Assembly: GCA_035563755.1 (NCBI GenBank)
Contig: DATMUT010000043.1
Coordinates: 1-39,088 of the forward strand
Source: Novosphingobium sp.
GTDB taxonomy: Bacteria > Pseudomonadota > Alphaproteobacteria > Sphingomonadales > Sphingomonadaceae
Length of the DNA stretch: 39,088 nucleotides
Reading direction: 5' to 3'
In this document: positions 26,595 to 35,342 of the stretch, piece after piece
How the letters are laid out: each line of letters starts with the position of its first letter
Position numbering within the stretch: position 1 is the first letter of the stretch
Made by a program: the position numbers and the translations under genes
Notes under the pieces: model-generated
Databases searched by the model: none
The model's input: only the letters and a program-made list of their open reading frames with translations
What the model was told of the DNA's origin: nothing

Positions 26595-26930
26595 GTTCCC
26601 GAAGTGTCGTGCCGCCAGCGCGCGGGGTGATCGCGCCTGTTGGCCCTGTTGGAGATTTGAACCTCCCTGTTGGAGAGTCCTTCAAAACTGATTCAATTTC
26701 TGACAGCACCGCCCCATCCTTCGACCTTTCAGGAACAGCACGCGCCTGCTTTCGACCCTTCGGGAACGCATTCTCGACCTATCGGGAACAGGGGCATCGA
26801 CCTATCGGGAACGGTTCACCGACACAAAGGGAACAGCCCAAACCCGCGACTCACGCATTTGCCGCGAGTCGGACGCGCAGCACATGCGGCTAACCTGTCT
26901 AACCTTATGATTAACCCCTCTAACAGGGCA
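26595..26930. repeat. Putative replication origin with 16-bp iterons (consensus TCGACCTWTCGGGAAC)
   Basis: Direct copies start at 26721, 26752, 26774, 26797 and 26819 (degenerate). One inverted degenerate copy at 26595-26610. Also CCTGTTGG x3 and four GANTC sites. Confidence 0.8.
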
Positions 26931-26964
26931 GGACATTCCTTTGGAAACGGAAAAAGGGGACAAG

Positions 26965-26998
26965 AAAAAGCGCCGGCGGATCAAGGATCCGCCGGCGC
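26965..26998 (-). terminator. Intrinsic terminator of the minus-strand TonB receptor
   Basis: 13-bp stem GCGCCGGCGGATC-aag-GATCCGCCGGCGC followed by a T-run on the minus strand. Confidence 0.8.
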
Positions 26999-27031
26999 CA
27001 TACATGCCCGAAATGGCCTTGAAAGAAGCGC

Positions 27032-29368
27032 CTAGAACTCCACGCCCAGCTTTACGCCATAGGTGCGCGGCGGGCTGAACTGCCAGTTGTAGATGTTGGC
27101 CTGACCCGGCACCACCGTATTGCCGGCATAGGCCAGCGAGCGGTAATCCTCGAGGTTGCGGACATAGGCCTGCACACTGAAGCGCTTGTTGGCGGGCTTG
27201 TATTCCACGCTCAGGTCGGTCTGGGTGTGGGCCACCTGATGGCTGTCGGCATAGTTGTAGAAGTCGAGGTAATAGTCGCCCTTGTACCGCTCGAAGAACG
27301 AGGCCACGAGGGTGCCACCGCCAATGTGGAAGGTGTGGTCATAGCCCAGCGTCAGCACCCAGTCAGGCGACTGGGGCAGGCGCTTGCCCGCCAGGTTCAC
27401 GGTGGGGCTCTGGGTGCCATCCTCGCCATAATAGCTCACGCTGGCGGTGAACTCGCCATAGCGGGCATGGGTCCAGTTGGCCGACAGGGTCAGCGTGTCG
27501 TCAGGAGTGGGGCGCAGGGTGGCTTCGGCCTCGATGCCATAGATCTTGGCCTTGCCGGCGTTGAACGTCTGCGCGCCGATCGTGGGGTTGAGCAGCACGT
27601 CGTTCTGCAGGTCCTTGTAGTCGTAATAGAACCCGGCCACGTTGAGCGTGTGCTGATGATGCCCGCCCAGCTTCAGCTTGGCGCCGCCTTCATAGGCAGT
27701 GTTGTTTTCAGGCCGGAAGGTATTGCCCGACCCGTCGAACCCGCCCGCCTTGTAGCCGGTCGACACCTTGGCATAAAGCAGCGTTGCGGCATTGGGCTTG
27801 TAGTTCACGCCCGCCAGCCAGGTGGCCTTGCTGCCGGCATAGTGCAGCGGCACCTCGCTATAGCCGACCTGCCCGGCAATGGGCGACAGATCGACAGGGC
27901 CGGTGTTGAAGGCCCCCGTGCCGCCCGAGAAGACATAATAGAACGGGTTGAAATTGCGGAAGGTGGCGTTGCGCACGTCATGGGTATAGCGCGCGCCGCC
28001 CACCAGCGTCAGCTTGTCGGTCACGGGCACCTCGACCTGCCCGAAGCCCGAGATGCTCTGCGTGTCGGTGGGGTGCTGGAAGTAGTTCACATAAGAGCCG
28101 TTGGCCCCCACAAAGGGCGTATACAGGCCGCCATTGGTCCACTGCTTCTCGCGGAAGTAGAAGGCGCCGGCCTGCCAGGTGATGCCATGCGTAACCCCGT
28201 TCAGGCGGAATTCGTGGCTGTGGGTGCCCACCGTCTCGCCATTATGCGTGAACACATAGGCCGGCGCCAGCGTGAGCATGTTGGAATCGCGCGTGAAGCG
28301 ATAGCCGCCGGTATAGGTGAGGGTGAGCGGCCCCAGATCCCAGGCGATGCGCCCGCGCCCGGCCACCGAATACTGGTGCAGCCACCCTGTGCCCAGCGTT
28401 GGCGCATTATAGGTCTGCCGGTTGATGCCGGCCAGCGCGCGGGTGTTCTGCGGCACGCAGGCCGGGCTGCCGCCAATCGTGCCGGCCGAGGCCCAGCCAT
28501 TGCCGCAAGCCGAGCCGGTGCCCGGGTTGTTGGCCGCGCTGGTCATGTCGGCCCAGGCCTGCGAGGCGGGGATGAGGTTCTGTTCGACATATTCGGCCGC
28601 GCCATCGATGGTCAGGCCCTGCGCCGGGTGCAGGCGGATGCTCACGCGGCCGCCGCCGGTGTTGTCATCGTCGCTGGTGGCCGATGTGCCGGGCGTATAG
28701 GCGCTGGTGGGGCTGTAGGGAGCGTTGGGGTGGTAGGTATAGCCATCGTGGCTGCGATAGAAGCCGGCCAGACGCACCGCGCCCACGCCGCCCAGCGGCA
28801 CGTCGACCCCGCCGTCAACGATCACCTGGTTGTAGTTGCCATAGGTGACCGAGCCGTTGGCGGCAAAGGTGTCGCCCGGCTTGCGGGTGATGAAATTGAC
28901 CGCGCCGCCGGTGGAATTGCGCCCATAGAGCGTGCCCTGCGGCCCGCGCAGCACCTCGACCCGGTCCAGGTCGAAGATGGCCGCGTTCAGGATGGTGGGG
29001 CGGTTGATGTACTCGCCATCGATGTTGACCGCGATCGACTGGTCCTGCGCCTCGTTGTTCGAGAGCGTGCCCACGCCGCGCACGGTGACGCGGGTGTTGT
29101 TGGTGTCGTTGGTGATGTTGAGCGCGGGCGAGACCTTTTGCACCGAGGTGAAGTCGGTGATGCCGCGCGATTTCAGCGCCTCGCCCGAGACGACCGAGAT
29201 GGCGATCGGCACATTTTGCAGGCTTTCCTTGCGGTTCTGCGCGGTCACGATGATCTCGCGCTCGCCGGTATCGGTGGTGGGGGCGGTGGCTGGCGCCTGG
29301 GCGCTGGCCATGGTTGCAGCCATCGAGCTGGCGCTGGCCAGCAGAATGCAGAAAATTCGTTTATGCAT
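27032..29368 (-). CDS. TonB-dependent receptor
   Basis: MHKRIF signal peptide after ggggagga, EIIVTAQNR, EVLRGPQGTLYGRNSTGG, C-terminal PRTYGVKLGVEF. Confidence 0.93.
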   Translation of the reverse strand: MHKRIFCILLASASSMAATMASAQAPATAPTTDTGEREIIVTAQNRKESLQNVPIAISVVSGEALKSRGITDFTSVQKVSPALNITNDTNNTRVTVRGVGTLSNNEAQDQSIAVNIDGEYINRPTILNAAIFDLDRVEVLRGPQGTLYGRNSTGGAVNFITRKPGDTFAANGSVTYGNYNQVIVDGGVDVPLGGVGAVRLAGFYRSHDGYTYHPNAPYSPTSAYTPGTSATSDDDNTGGGRVSIRLHPAQGLTIDGAAEYVEQNLIPASQAWADMTSAANNPGTGSACGNGWASAGTIGGSPACVPQNTRALAGINRQTYNAPTLGTGWLHQYSVAGRGRIAWDLGPLTLTYTGGYRFTRDSNMLTLAPAYVFTHNGETVGTHSHEFRLNGVTHGITWQAGAFYFREKQWTNGGLYTPFVGANGSYVNYFQHPTDTQSISGFGQVEVPVTDKLTLVGGARYTHDVRNATFRNFNPFYYVFSGGTGAFNTGPVDLSPIAGQVGYSEVPLHYAGSKATWLAGVNYKPNAATLLYAKVSTGYKAGGFDGSGNTFRPENNTAYEGGAKLKLGGHHQHTLNVAGFYYDYKDLQNDVLLNPTIGAQTFNAGKAKIYGIEAEATLRPTPDDTLTLSANWTHARYGEFTASVSYYGEDGTQSPTVNLAGKRLPQSPDWVLTLGYDHTFHIGGGTLVASFFERYKGDYYLDFYNYADSHQVAHTQTDLSVEYKPANKRFSVQAYVRNLEDYRSLAYAGNTVVPGQANIYNWQFSPPRTYGVKLGVEF

Positions 29369-29711
29369 GTGACATATCCTCCCCGCTTTTGCGTGATTAT
29401 GAAATTGTGATTTTAGTATTGACGATTCTGTTTTCCTGTCAAGCGGTCGTGCGGCCCGATGCGAGGGAAGGGGAGGGGGGAAGCGTAAAATCACAAAATC
29501 ATTGAAAAGACGTGATAATATCAGAAGTCAAATTCCACCTCTGACCGCATTCCCCTTGTATTTCCGCATCTTGCGTTTTGCCCCGGCAAAAGGAGTTGAC
29601 GGCAGGGCGCTATGCGGCATAGGTTCAAATAATAATCGCAATTCCAATAATGTTCAGCCCGGCACAATCGCCCCGGCCGCGCCCGCGCCGTCTTGCGCGA
29701 AGGAGAGAGAC

Positions 29712-30479
29712 GTGAAGCTGTCCCCCTGTATCGAATGGATTTTCGCCGCCGAGCACGAGGCCATGCCCGACCGCATCCGCGCGGCCCGCGCCGCCGGCTA
29801 TGACCGCGCCGAATTCCACTTGTGGCGCGACAAGGATATCGAGGGCATTGCGCAGGCGCTGGCCGAAACCGGCGTGACGCTCACCGGCTTTTGCGCCGAT
29901 CCGCGCCGCAGCCTGGTCGACCCGGCGCAGCACGAAGAGCTGTTCGCCGCCGTTGCCGACAGCCTCGAAACCGCCAAAAAGCTGGGCCATGCGCCCATGA
30001 TCGTCGCCTCGGGCTTCACCCGCGAGGGCATCAGCGCGCAGGAGCATTTCGACACGGCGGTCAGCGCGCTCGGCCGCATTGCCGCCATGGCGCAGCAGGC
30101 CGGCGTCGTTGCCCTGCTCGAGCCGCTCAACAGCGTGATCGACCACCCCGGCATGTATCTGGTCAGCACCACGCTGGGCCTCGATCTGGTCGAGGCGGTG
30201 GGCAGCCCCAACCTGCGCCTGCTCTACGATGCCTATCACTCGGCGGTGATGGGCGAGGATATGGCCGAGGTGCTGGCCGGGCGCGTCCATCTGGTGCATC
30301 ATGTGCAACTGGCCGACATGCCCGGTCGCAACGAGCCAGGCTCGGGCGGGTTGGATCTGGCGGCCACCTGCGCGCAGCTGGCGCAGATGGGCTATACCGG
30401 CAGCTTTGGCCTGGAATACCGCCCGACCATGCCGGCACTGGCATCGCTGGCGGCGGCCAGCGCGGCTCTGGGGGCCTGA
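29712..30479 (+). CDS. Hydroxypyruvate isomerase-like TIM-barrel (xylose isomerase-like) protein
   Basis: LLEPLNS..DHPG, LLYDAYH, HVQLADMPGRNEPGSG, GLEYRP. GTG start after aggaga. Confidence 0.85.
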   Translation: MKLSPCIEWIFAAEHEAMPDRIRAARAAGYDRAEFHLWRDKDIEGIAQALAETGVTLTGFCADPRRSLVDPAQHEELFAAVADSLETAKKLGHAPMIVASGFTREGISAQEHFDTAVSALGRIAAMAQQAGVVALLEPLNSVIDHPGMYLVSTTLGLDLVEAVGSPNLRLLYDAYHSAVMGEDMAEVLAGRVHLVHHVQLADMPGRNEPGSGGLDLAATCAQLAQMGYTGSFGLEYRPTMPALASLAAASAALGA

Positions 30480-30544
30480 AAACAGCGCAATAGGGGCCAG
30501 ATGGCGCGCTCAAGACGCGCCCGGCCTTTGGGGGAGAGAGCAAG

Positions 30545-31897
30545 ATGGCCGAGCGCCGCCTGACCCTGTTCGAGAAATTCAGCTATGGCATGGGCGATTT
30601 CGCCTTCAGCCTGCCGTGGAACATGGCAGGCGCCTTCCTGCTGTTCTATTATACCGATGTGGCGCTGTTGCCGGCCGCGGCCGTGGGCACGCTGTTCCTG
30701 CTGGCGCGGCTGCTCGATGCGGTGGTCGATGTGGGCGTGGGCGTGTGGGTCGACCGCACGCGCAGCCGCTGGGGGCGCACGCGGCCGTTCTTTTTGCTGG
30801 CGGGCGCGCCCTTTGCGCTGCTCATGGTGCTCACTTTTGCGGTGCCGTCGGGGCTGGGGGCGCAGGGGCGGCTGGTCTGGGCCTTTGTCACCTTCAACCT
30901 GCTGGGCGTGCTTTTTTCGCTGGGCAGCGTGCCGCTGGCCGCGCTGCTGCCCATGATGAGCGCGCGCACCGACGAGCGCCTGCAACTGGCCAGCTGGCGG
31001 GCGGGCATGACGGCGCTTTCGGTCATTGTGGCCACCGCTTTTGCCATGCCGCTCATCGATGTGCTGGGAGCGGCTTTGGGCGGGAAGGGCATGGGGTTTG
31101 CCGCCCTTGCCGGGCTGTTCGGCCTGCTTTCGCTGGTGTTCTCGCTCAACCTGTTCCGCACCTGCCGCGAGGTGCATTACGATGCCGCCCCGCCTGCCGT
31201 GGCGGTTCTGCCGGCGGTGGGGAAAATGCTGCGCAACCGGGCGTGGCTGGTCACTTTCGCGGTGGCCTCGCTCAATTTCCTGCGCTTTGGCGCGGTGCTC
31301 TCGGCCACGCCCTTTTTCGCTATCGAGGTGCTGCATGCGCCCTGGGCGATCTCGGTGCTGTTGCCCTCGGTTTCGGGCACGCTGCTGCTGGGGGCGGTCA
31401 TCGCGCCGCCCATCCTGCGGCGCACCGGCATGCGCCGGGGCTGGCTGGGGGCGATTGGCGTGGCGCTGGCCATCTATGCGGTGCTGCCCGCGCTCGAGGG
31501 GCGGCCGGGGCTGTTCGTGGCCGGCTTTGTCGCCGCCTCGCTGGCCATCAGCGTGACCACCACCTCGATCTTCACCATGGCGGCCGATTGCGTCGACTAT
31601 CACGAACAGCGCTTTGGCCTGCGCGGCGAGGGGCTGCTCTCCTCGGGCATATCGCTGGCCACCAAGGTGGGCATGGCGCTGGGCACGGCAGGGCTGGCCT
31701 ATACGCTGGCGGCGGCCGGCTATCACCCCGGCGCGGTCAGCCAGGGCGCGCGCGATGCCATTGCCTGGTCCTATTACCTGTGGCCGGCGGGCGTGCTGCT
31801 GGCGCAGGCGGGCGTCATCCTGTTCTGGCCCATGGACGGCGCGCGCCGCCCGGCCGCGCCCGCCCGCGGCGAAAACGGCGCCCCGCAGGCGGCCTGA
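30545..31897 (+). CDS. Glycoside-pentoside-hexuronide (GPH):cation symporter
   Basis: EKFSYGMGDFA, FLLFYYTDV, ARLLDA, DRTRSRWGRTRPF, ADCVDY...R.EG. Confidence 0.88.
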   Translation: MAERRLTLFEKFSYGMGDFAFSLPWNMAGAFLLFYYTDVALLPAAAVGTLFLLARLLDAVVDVGVGVWVDRTRSRWGRTRPFFLLAGAPFALLMVLTFAVPSGLGAQGRLVWAFVTFNLLGVLFSLGSVPLAALLPMMSARTDERLQLASWRAGMTALSVIVATAFAMPLIDVLGAALGGKGMGFAALAGLFGLLSLVFSLNLFRTCREVHYDAAPPAVAVLPAVGKMLRNRAWLVTFAVASLNFLRFGAVLSATPFFAIEVLHAPWAISVLLPSVSGTLLLGAVIAPPILRRTGMRRGWLGAIGVALAIYAVLPALEGRPGLFVAGFVAASLAISVTTTSIFTMAADCVDYHEQRFGLRGEGLLSSGISLATKVGMALGTAGLAYTLAAAGYHPGAVSQGARDAIAWSYYLWPAGVLLAQAGVILFWPMDGARRPAAPARGENGAPQAA

Positions 31898-31943
31898 GTT
31901 TCCACCACTTCCCTATCCCGACACCACAACAGGAGAGGCAATC

Positions 31944-32906
31944 ATGTTGCAAGGCAAATGGCGCGCTCTGGCCATGGCCGGAGCGGTCGCGGCCGCCTGC
32001 GCCACATCGGCGCGCGCGCAGGTCATCGTTCACCCCGATTATCGCCCGCCCGAAACGGTGCAGCGCGTGGCCATTCCGGTCGATCCGGCCGAAAAACGGC
32101 TGAAGGTGCTGATCCTCTCGGGCTGGAACAGCTACGAGCACGACTGGACGGGCGTGAACAACCTGCTGCGCAAGCAGTTGCAGGACACCGGCCGTTTCGA
32201 CGTGCGGGTGATCGAGGATTTCGACCACGGCAATCTCGACACGCTCAAGGGCTATGATGTCGTGCTGCTCAACTATTCCAGCCGCTGGGTCTATAACGAC
32301 CCGGTCGAGCACCGCTGGTCGCCCGAAGCGGAAAAGGCGCTGTTCGACTATGTGCGGCAGGGGGGCGGGCTGGTGGCCTATCACTCCTCTTTCACCTTTG
32401 GCTACAACTGGCCCGAATATCGCCGGCTGGTGGGCGCCGTCATGGAGCCGGGGCAAAGCCGCCGCTCGCCGCCGGGCGGCTTCCCGGTGCATATCGTCGA
32501 TCGCAGCCACCCCATCACACAGGGCATGCGCGAGTTCATCTGGACCTATAACGACGACATGTACACCAACATGGTGCAGGACCCGCAGGCGCATATCCAT
32601 GTGCTGGCCACCGCGCACGACGCTTCGGCGGCCTACAAGCCCGAGCTGGCGGGGCCGAAATACCCCGTTGCCGCCTATACGCCCGACAAGCTGGCGAAGA
32701 TGAAGGGCATGGACGCCGATCACCCGCAGGTGTGGACCGCCGATTATGGCAAGGGCCGCGTCTTTTCGATCACGCTGGGGCATGACGAGGTGGGGCTGGG
32801 CTTTGCCGGGTTGAAAACGCTGATGGCGCGCGGCACCGAATGGGCCGCCTCGGGCAAGGTCACGCTGCCGGTCGAGGAGGAGGCCAAGGCCTATCCGGTG
32901 AAGTGA
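31944..32906 (+). CDS. Exported ThuA-like domain protein
   Basis: Signal peptide, KVLILSG...HDW, GGGLVAYH, HPITQG...NDDMY, YGKGRVFSITLGH. RBS aggagagg. Confidence 0.8.
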   Translation: MLQGKWRALAMAGAVAAACATSARAQVIVHPDYRPPETVQRVAIPVDPAEKRLKVLILSGWNSYEHDWTGVNNLLRKQLQDTGRFDVRVIEDFDHGNLDTLKGYDVVLLNYSSRWVYNDPVEHRWSPEAEKALFDYVRQGGGLVAYHSSFTFGYNWPEYRRLVGAVMEPGQSRRSPPGGFPVHIVDRSHPITQGMREFIWTYNDDMYTNMVQDPQAHIHVLATAHDASAAYKPELAGPKYPVAAYTPDKLAKMKGMDADHPQVWTADYGKGRVFSITLGHDEVGLGFAGLKTLMARGTEWAASGKVTLPVEEEAKAYPVK

Positions 32907-32922
32907 GGGGCCGGTAAGGGGA

Positions 32923-32951
32923 GGGGCGCCGGGTGTCTGGCGCCCCCTTTT
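32923..32951 (+). terminator. Intrinsic terminator after the ThuA gene
   Basis: GGGGCGCCGG-gtgt-CTGGCGCCCC stem (one G-U pair) followed by CTTTT. Confidence 0.65.
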
Positions 32952-32955
32952 GGCG

Positions 32956-33510
32956 TCACTGCTGGCGGGCCAGCTCGTCCACGGCGGCCTTGGCGCAGGC
33001 TTCGTCGGCCTCGCCATTGGCCGCGCCGCCCACGCCAATGGCCCCGGCCAGCTGCCCGTTTACCCGCAGCGGCAGGCCGCCGGCCAGAAACAGCATGTCG
33101 CCATGCATGGCCCTGAGCATGTCGGTATAGGCCGGCGCGACCTTGGCCGCCTCGACCAGCCCGGCGGTGGGAAAGCCCACCAGCGCGGCCGAAAGCGCCT
33201 TTCTCCGCGCCGATTCAACGCCGATCGAGGACACGCCGTCGCCCGCCACGAGCAGGCGGGTTTGCCCGGCGGTATCGGCAATGACCACGGCCACTTGCGC
33301 GCCGTTGCGCAGGCAGGCGGCGCGGGCGGTGGCCGCCAGGCGCAGCGCCAGTTCGGCCGAGAGCACGGGCTGGTGCAGGATGGCGCCGGGGGCTTGGGCG
33401 GCGGGCGCGGTGGCGGCAAGGGCGCAGGCCGGTGCAAGGGCTGCAAGCGCTGCGGCCTTGCGGGCCAGCGCGGTGTGGAAACGGGCGGGGAAACGGGCGC
33501 GTCGGGTCAT
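32956..33510 (-). CDS. GlcG/HbpS family heme-binding protein, probably exported
   Basis: VAVVIAD..G, ARRKALSA, LAGGLPL..NG.LAGAIGVGGA. N-terminal RR plus an Ala-rich leader; start 33510 or 33519. Confidence 0.8.
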   Translation of the reverse strand: MTRRARFPARFHTALARKAAALAALAPACALAATAPAAQAPGAILHQPVLSAELALRLAATARAACLRNGAQVAVVIADTAGQTRLLVAGDGVSSIGVESARRKALSAALVGFPTAGLVEAAKVAPAYTDMLRAMHGDMLFLAGGLPLRVNGQLAGAIGVGGAANGEADEACAKAAVDELARQQ

Positions 33511-33777
33511 GTCGGGCATCCTTGTGTTGTTGCGGTCAAAAACAATATCATGATTATATTTTTGTCAATCGGCCCCCGCGGTTTGCGTGGGTTTGGCGGG
33601 GGGTAAGGCAAAAAATGCGCGGCTGATCGGCAATCTTTGGGTTGACGGCGGCGTAAAATTTAGGAATCATAATTCTAATAAATGCAGTCCCGAACGGGGG
33701 AGAGGGCCTGAGCCGAGCGTGCCAACATGCGCCGGCCGAACATCCCTGAACATCAACCAGACAGCCAGGTGAATGGC

Positions 33778-34800
33778 ATGACCAGTCAGATCAAGCGGGG
33801 CGTGAGCCTCTATTCCTATCAGAACGAGACGTTTCAGGGCAAAATGACCCTGGAGGATGCCGTGCGCACCAGCGCCGAACTGGGCGCCCACGGCATCGAG
33901 ATCATCGGCGAGCAGACCTTCTGGGGCTGGCCCGAGGTGGGCGTGGCGCAGGCCGACATCGACCACTGGCACGCGCTGATGGCCAAATACGGCACGACCC
34001 CCGTCAGCCACGATTTCATGCTGGATTACAAGCGCTACAAGGGCCGCGAAATGCCCTTTGACGAGCAGGTCGCCAGCGTGAAGAAGGACGTCGATTTTGG
34101 CGCGGCGCTGGGCATGAAATACATCCGCGCGCTGGTCTCGATCGCGCCCGAGGTGCTGGTGGCGGCCGCGCCCTATGCCGAGGAAAAGGGCATCAAGATC
34201 CTGATTGAGGTGCACGCGCCGCTGCATTTCGACCACCCCTGGATCATCCGCCATGCCGAGGCTTTCGAGAAATCGGGTTCGGACGCGCTGGGCTTCCTGC
34301 CCGACATGGGCATGTTCCTGTTCGGCTTTCCGCCGGTGTGGAAAGAGAAATTCATGCGCATCGGCGTGCCGGCGCATATCGCCGACTATATCGAGAAGGC
34401 CTATGCCGACCGCGTGCTGTCGGAATATGTCATCCTGAACGTGCGCGAGATGGGCGGCGTGGGGCCGGCCCTCGCCATGGCCGAAACGCTGCGCCACAAT
34501 GCCGCTTTCGAGCCCAGGCGCATGCTCGACTACATGCCGCGCATCCACAATGTGCACGGCAAGTTCTACGAGATGACCGAGGATTATGTCGAACCCTCGA
34601 TCCCCTATGACGAGATCGTCAAGGTGCTGCAGCAGGGCGGTTACACCGGCTATATCTGCTCGGAATATGAGGGGAACCGCTGGATCGAGGACGCGCGCGA
34701 ACCTGACTCGGTCGAGCAGGTGCGCCGCCAGCAGGTGATGCTCGCCCGCCTTCTGGGCGAGGCCGAGGTGCCTGCCCTGAAAACCCCCGTGGCCGCATAA
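33778..34800 (+). CDS. C-glycoside deglycosidase alpha subunit-like TIM-barrel protein (DgpC/CarB type)
   Basis: IKRGVSLYSY, LIEVHAP, PDMG, VHGKFY, SEYEG metal/catalytic-type motifs. Directly followed by a DUF6379-like gene. Confidence 0.8.
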   Translation: MTSQIKRGVSLYSYQNETFQGKMTLEDAVRTSAELGAHGIEIIGEQTFWGWPEVGVAQADIDHWHALMAKYGTTPVSHDFMLDYKRYKGREMPFDEQVASVKKDVDFGAALGMKYIRALVSIAPEVLVAAAPYAEEKGIKILIEVHAPLHFDHPWIIRHAEAFEKSGSDALGFLPDMGMFLFGFPPVWKEKFMRIGVPAHIADYIEKAYADRVLSEYVILNVREMGGVGPALAMAETLRHNAAFEPRRMLDYMPRIHNVHGKFYEMTEDYVEPSIPYDEIVKVLQQGGYTGYICSEYEGNRWIEDAREPDSVEQVRRQQVMLARLLGEAEVPALKTPVAA

Positions 34801-34814
34801 GGGAGACAGGCGCC

Positions 34815-35192
34815 ATGATGGACAACAAGATGATCGTCGAAGGCAGCCTCGCGCAGGTCGAGGGCGGCTTTTCGTTTCTGGGGCGGCTGCCCTATTACCG
34901 CGGCCTTGGCCTCTCGATGATCGAGGACATTGCGGTCAGCGTGGATGGCGAGGCAATGCCGCGCGAGGCGATCCGCTTTTCGGTGCGGGGCAGCACCTAC
35001 ACGCTCGACGAGATGGAGACGGTCTACGACAATCGCTGGAATTTTGGCGAGAAGGCGCAGATTATCGTGCTGAAAGAGGGCGGGCTGGCGCCGGGCGCGC
35101 ATGCCGTTGAATTTGCCGTGCGGATGCGGGTGTCCTACCTGCCTTTCGTGCCCACGACAAAGGATGCCAAGCAGCTGCAACTGGCCGCCTGA
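34815..35192 (+). CDS. C-glycoside deglycosidase beta subunit-like protein (DUF6379; DgpB/CarC type)
   Basis: RLPYYRGLGLSMIEDIAVSVDGE...W.FGEKA...GLAPG.H...RVSYLP, 125 aa. Confidence 0.8.
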   Translation: MMDNKMIVEGSLAQVEGGFSFLGRLPYYRGLGLSMIEDIAVSVDGEAMPREAIRFSVRGSTYTLDEMETVYDNRWNFGEKAQIIVLKEGGLAPGAHAVEFAVRMRVSYLPFVPTTKDAKQLQLAA

Positions 35193-35303
35193 GCGGGCCG
35201 GCTGCTTTGGCCAGACATGCATATTGGAATGGTGATTGCCGGGCAGAATCCAGCTTGCCCGGCATTTTTTGCCACAGGAAAGCGCCGTATGAGCCAATTT
35301 TGG

Positions 35304-35323
35304 AATTGACGTTTCTGTCAATT
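35304..35323. promoter_or_regulatory. Inverted repeat AATTGAC-N6-GTCAATT, candidate TetR operator
   Basis: Perfect 7-6-7 repeat containing a TTGAC -35-like element, just upstream of the TetR gene. Confidence 0.55.
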
Positions 35324-35342
35324 TCGGATGCGGTGGCGCGCT

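Noticed and set aside
26721-26834. Repeat array as a possible CRISPR
   Set aside because: Repeats are 16 bp with only 6-15 bp between them, there are no cas genes, and the position next to rep fits iterons.
26890-26925. CtrA box in the origin region
   Set aside because: The half-sites (CTAA/TTAA) are not separated by the canonical 7 nt.
26555-27035. Small ORFs across the origin (112 and 121 aa)
   Set aside because: They translate the iterons and the terminator, with no RBS or family motif.
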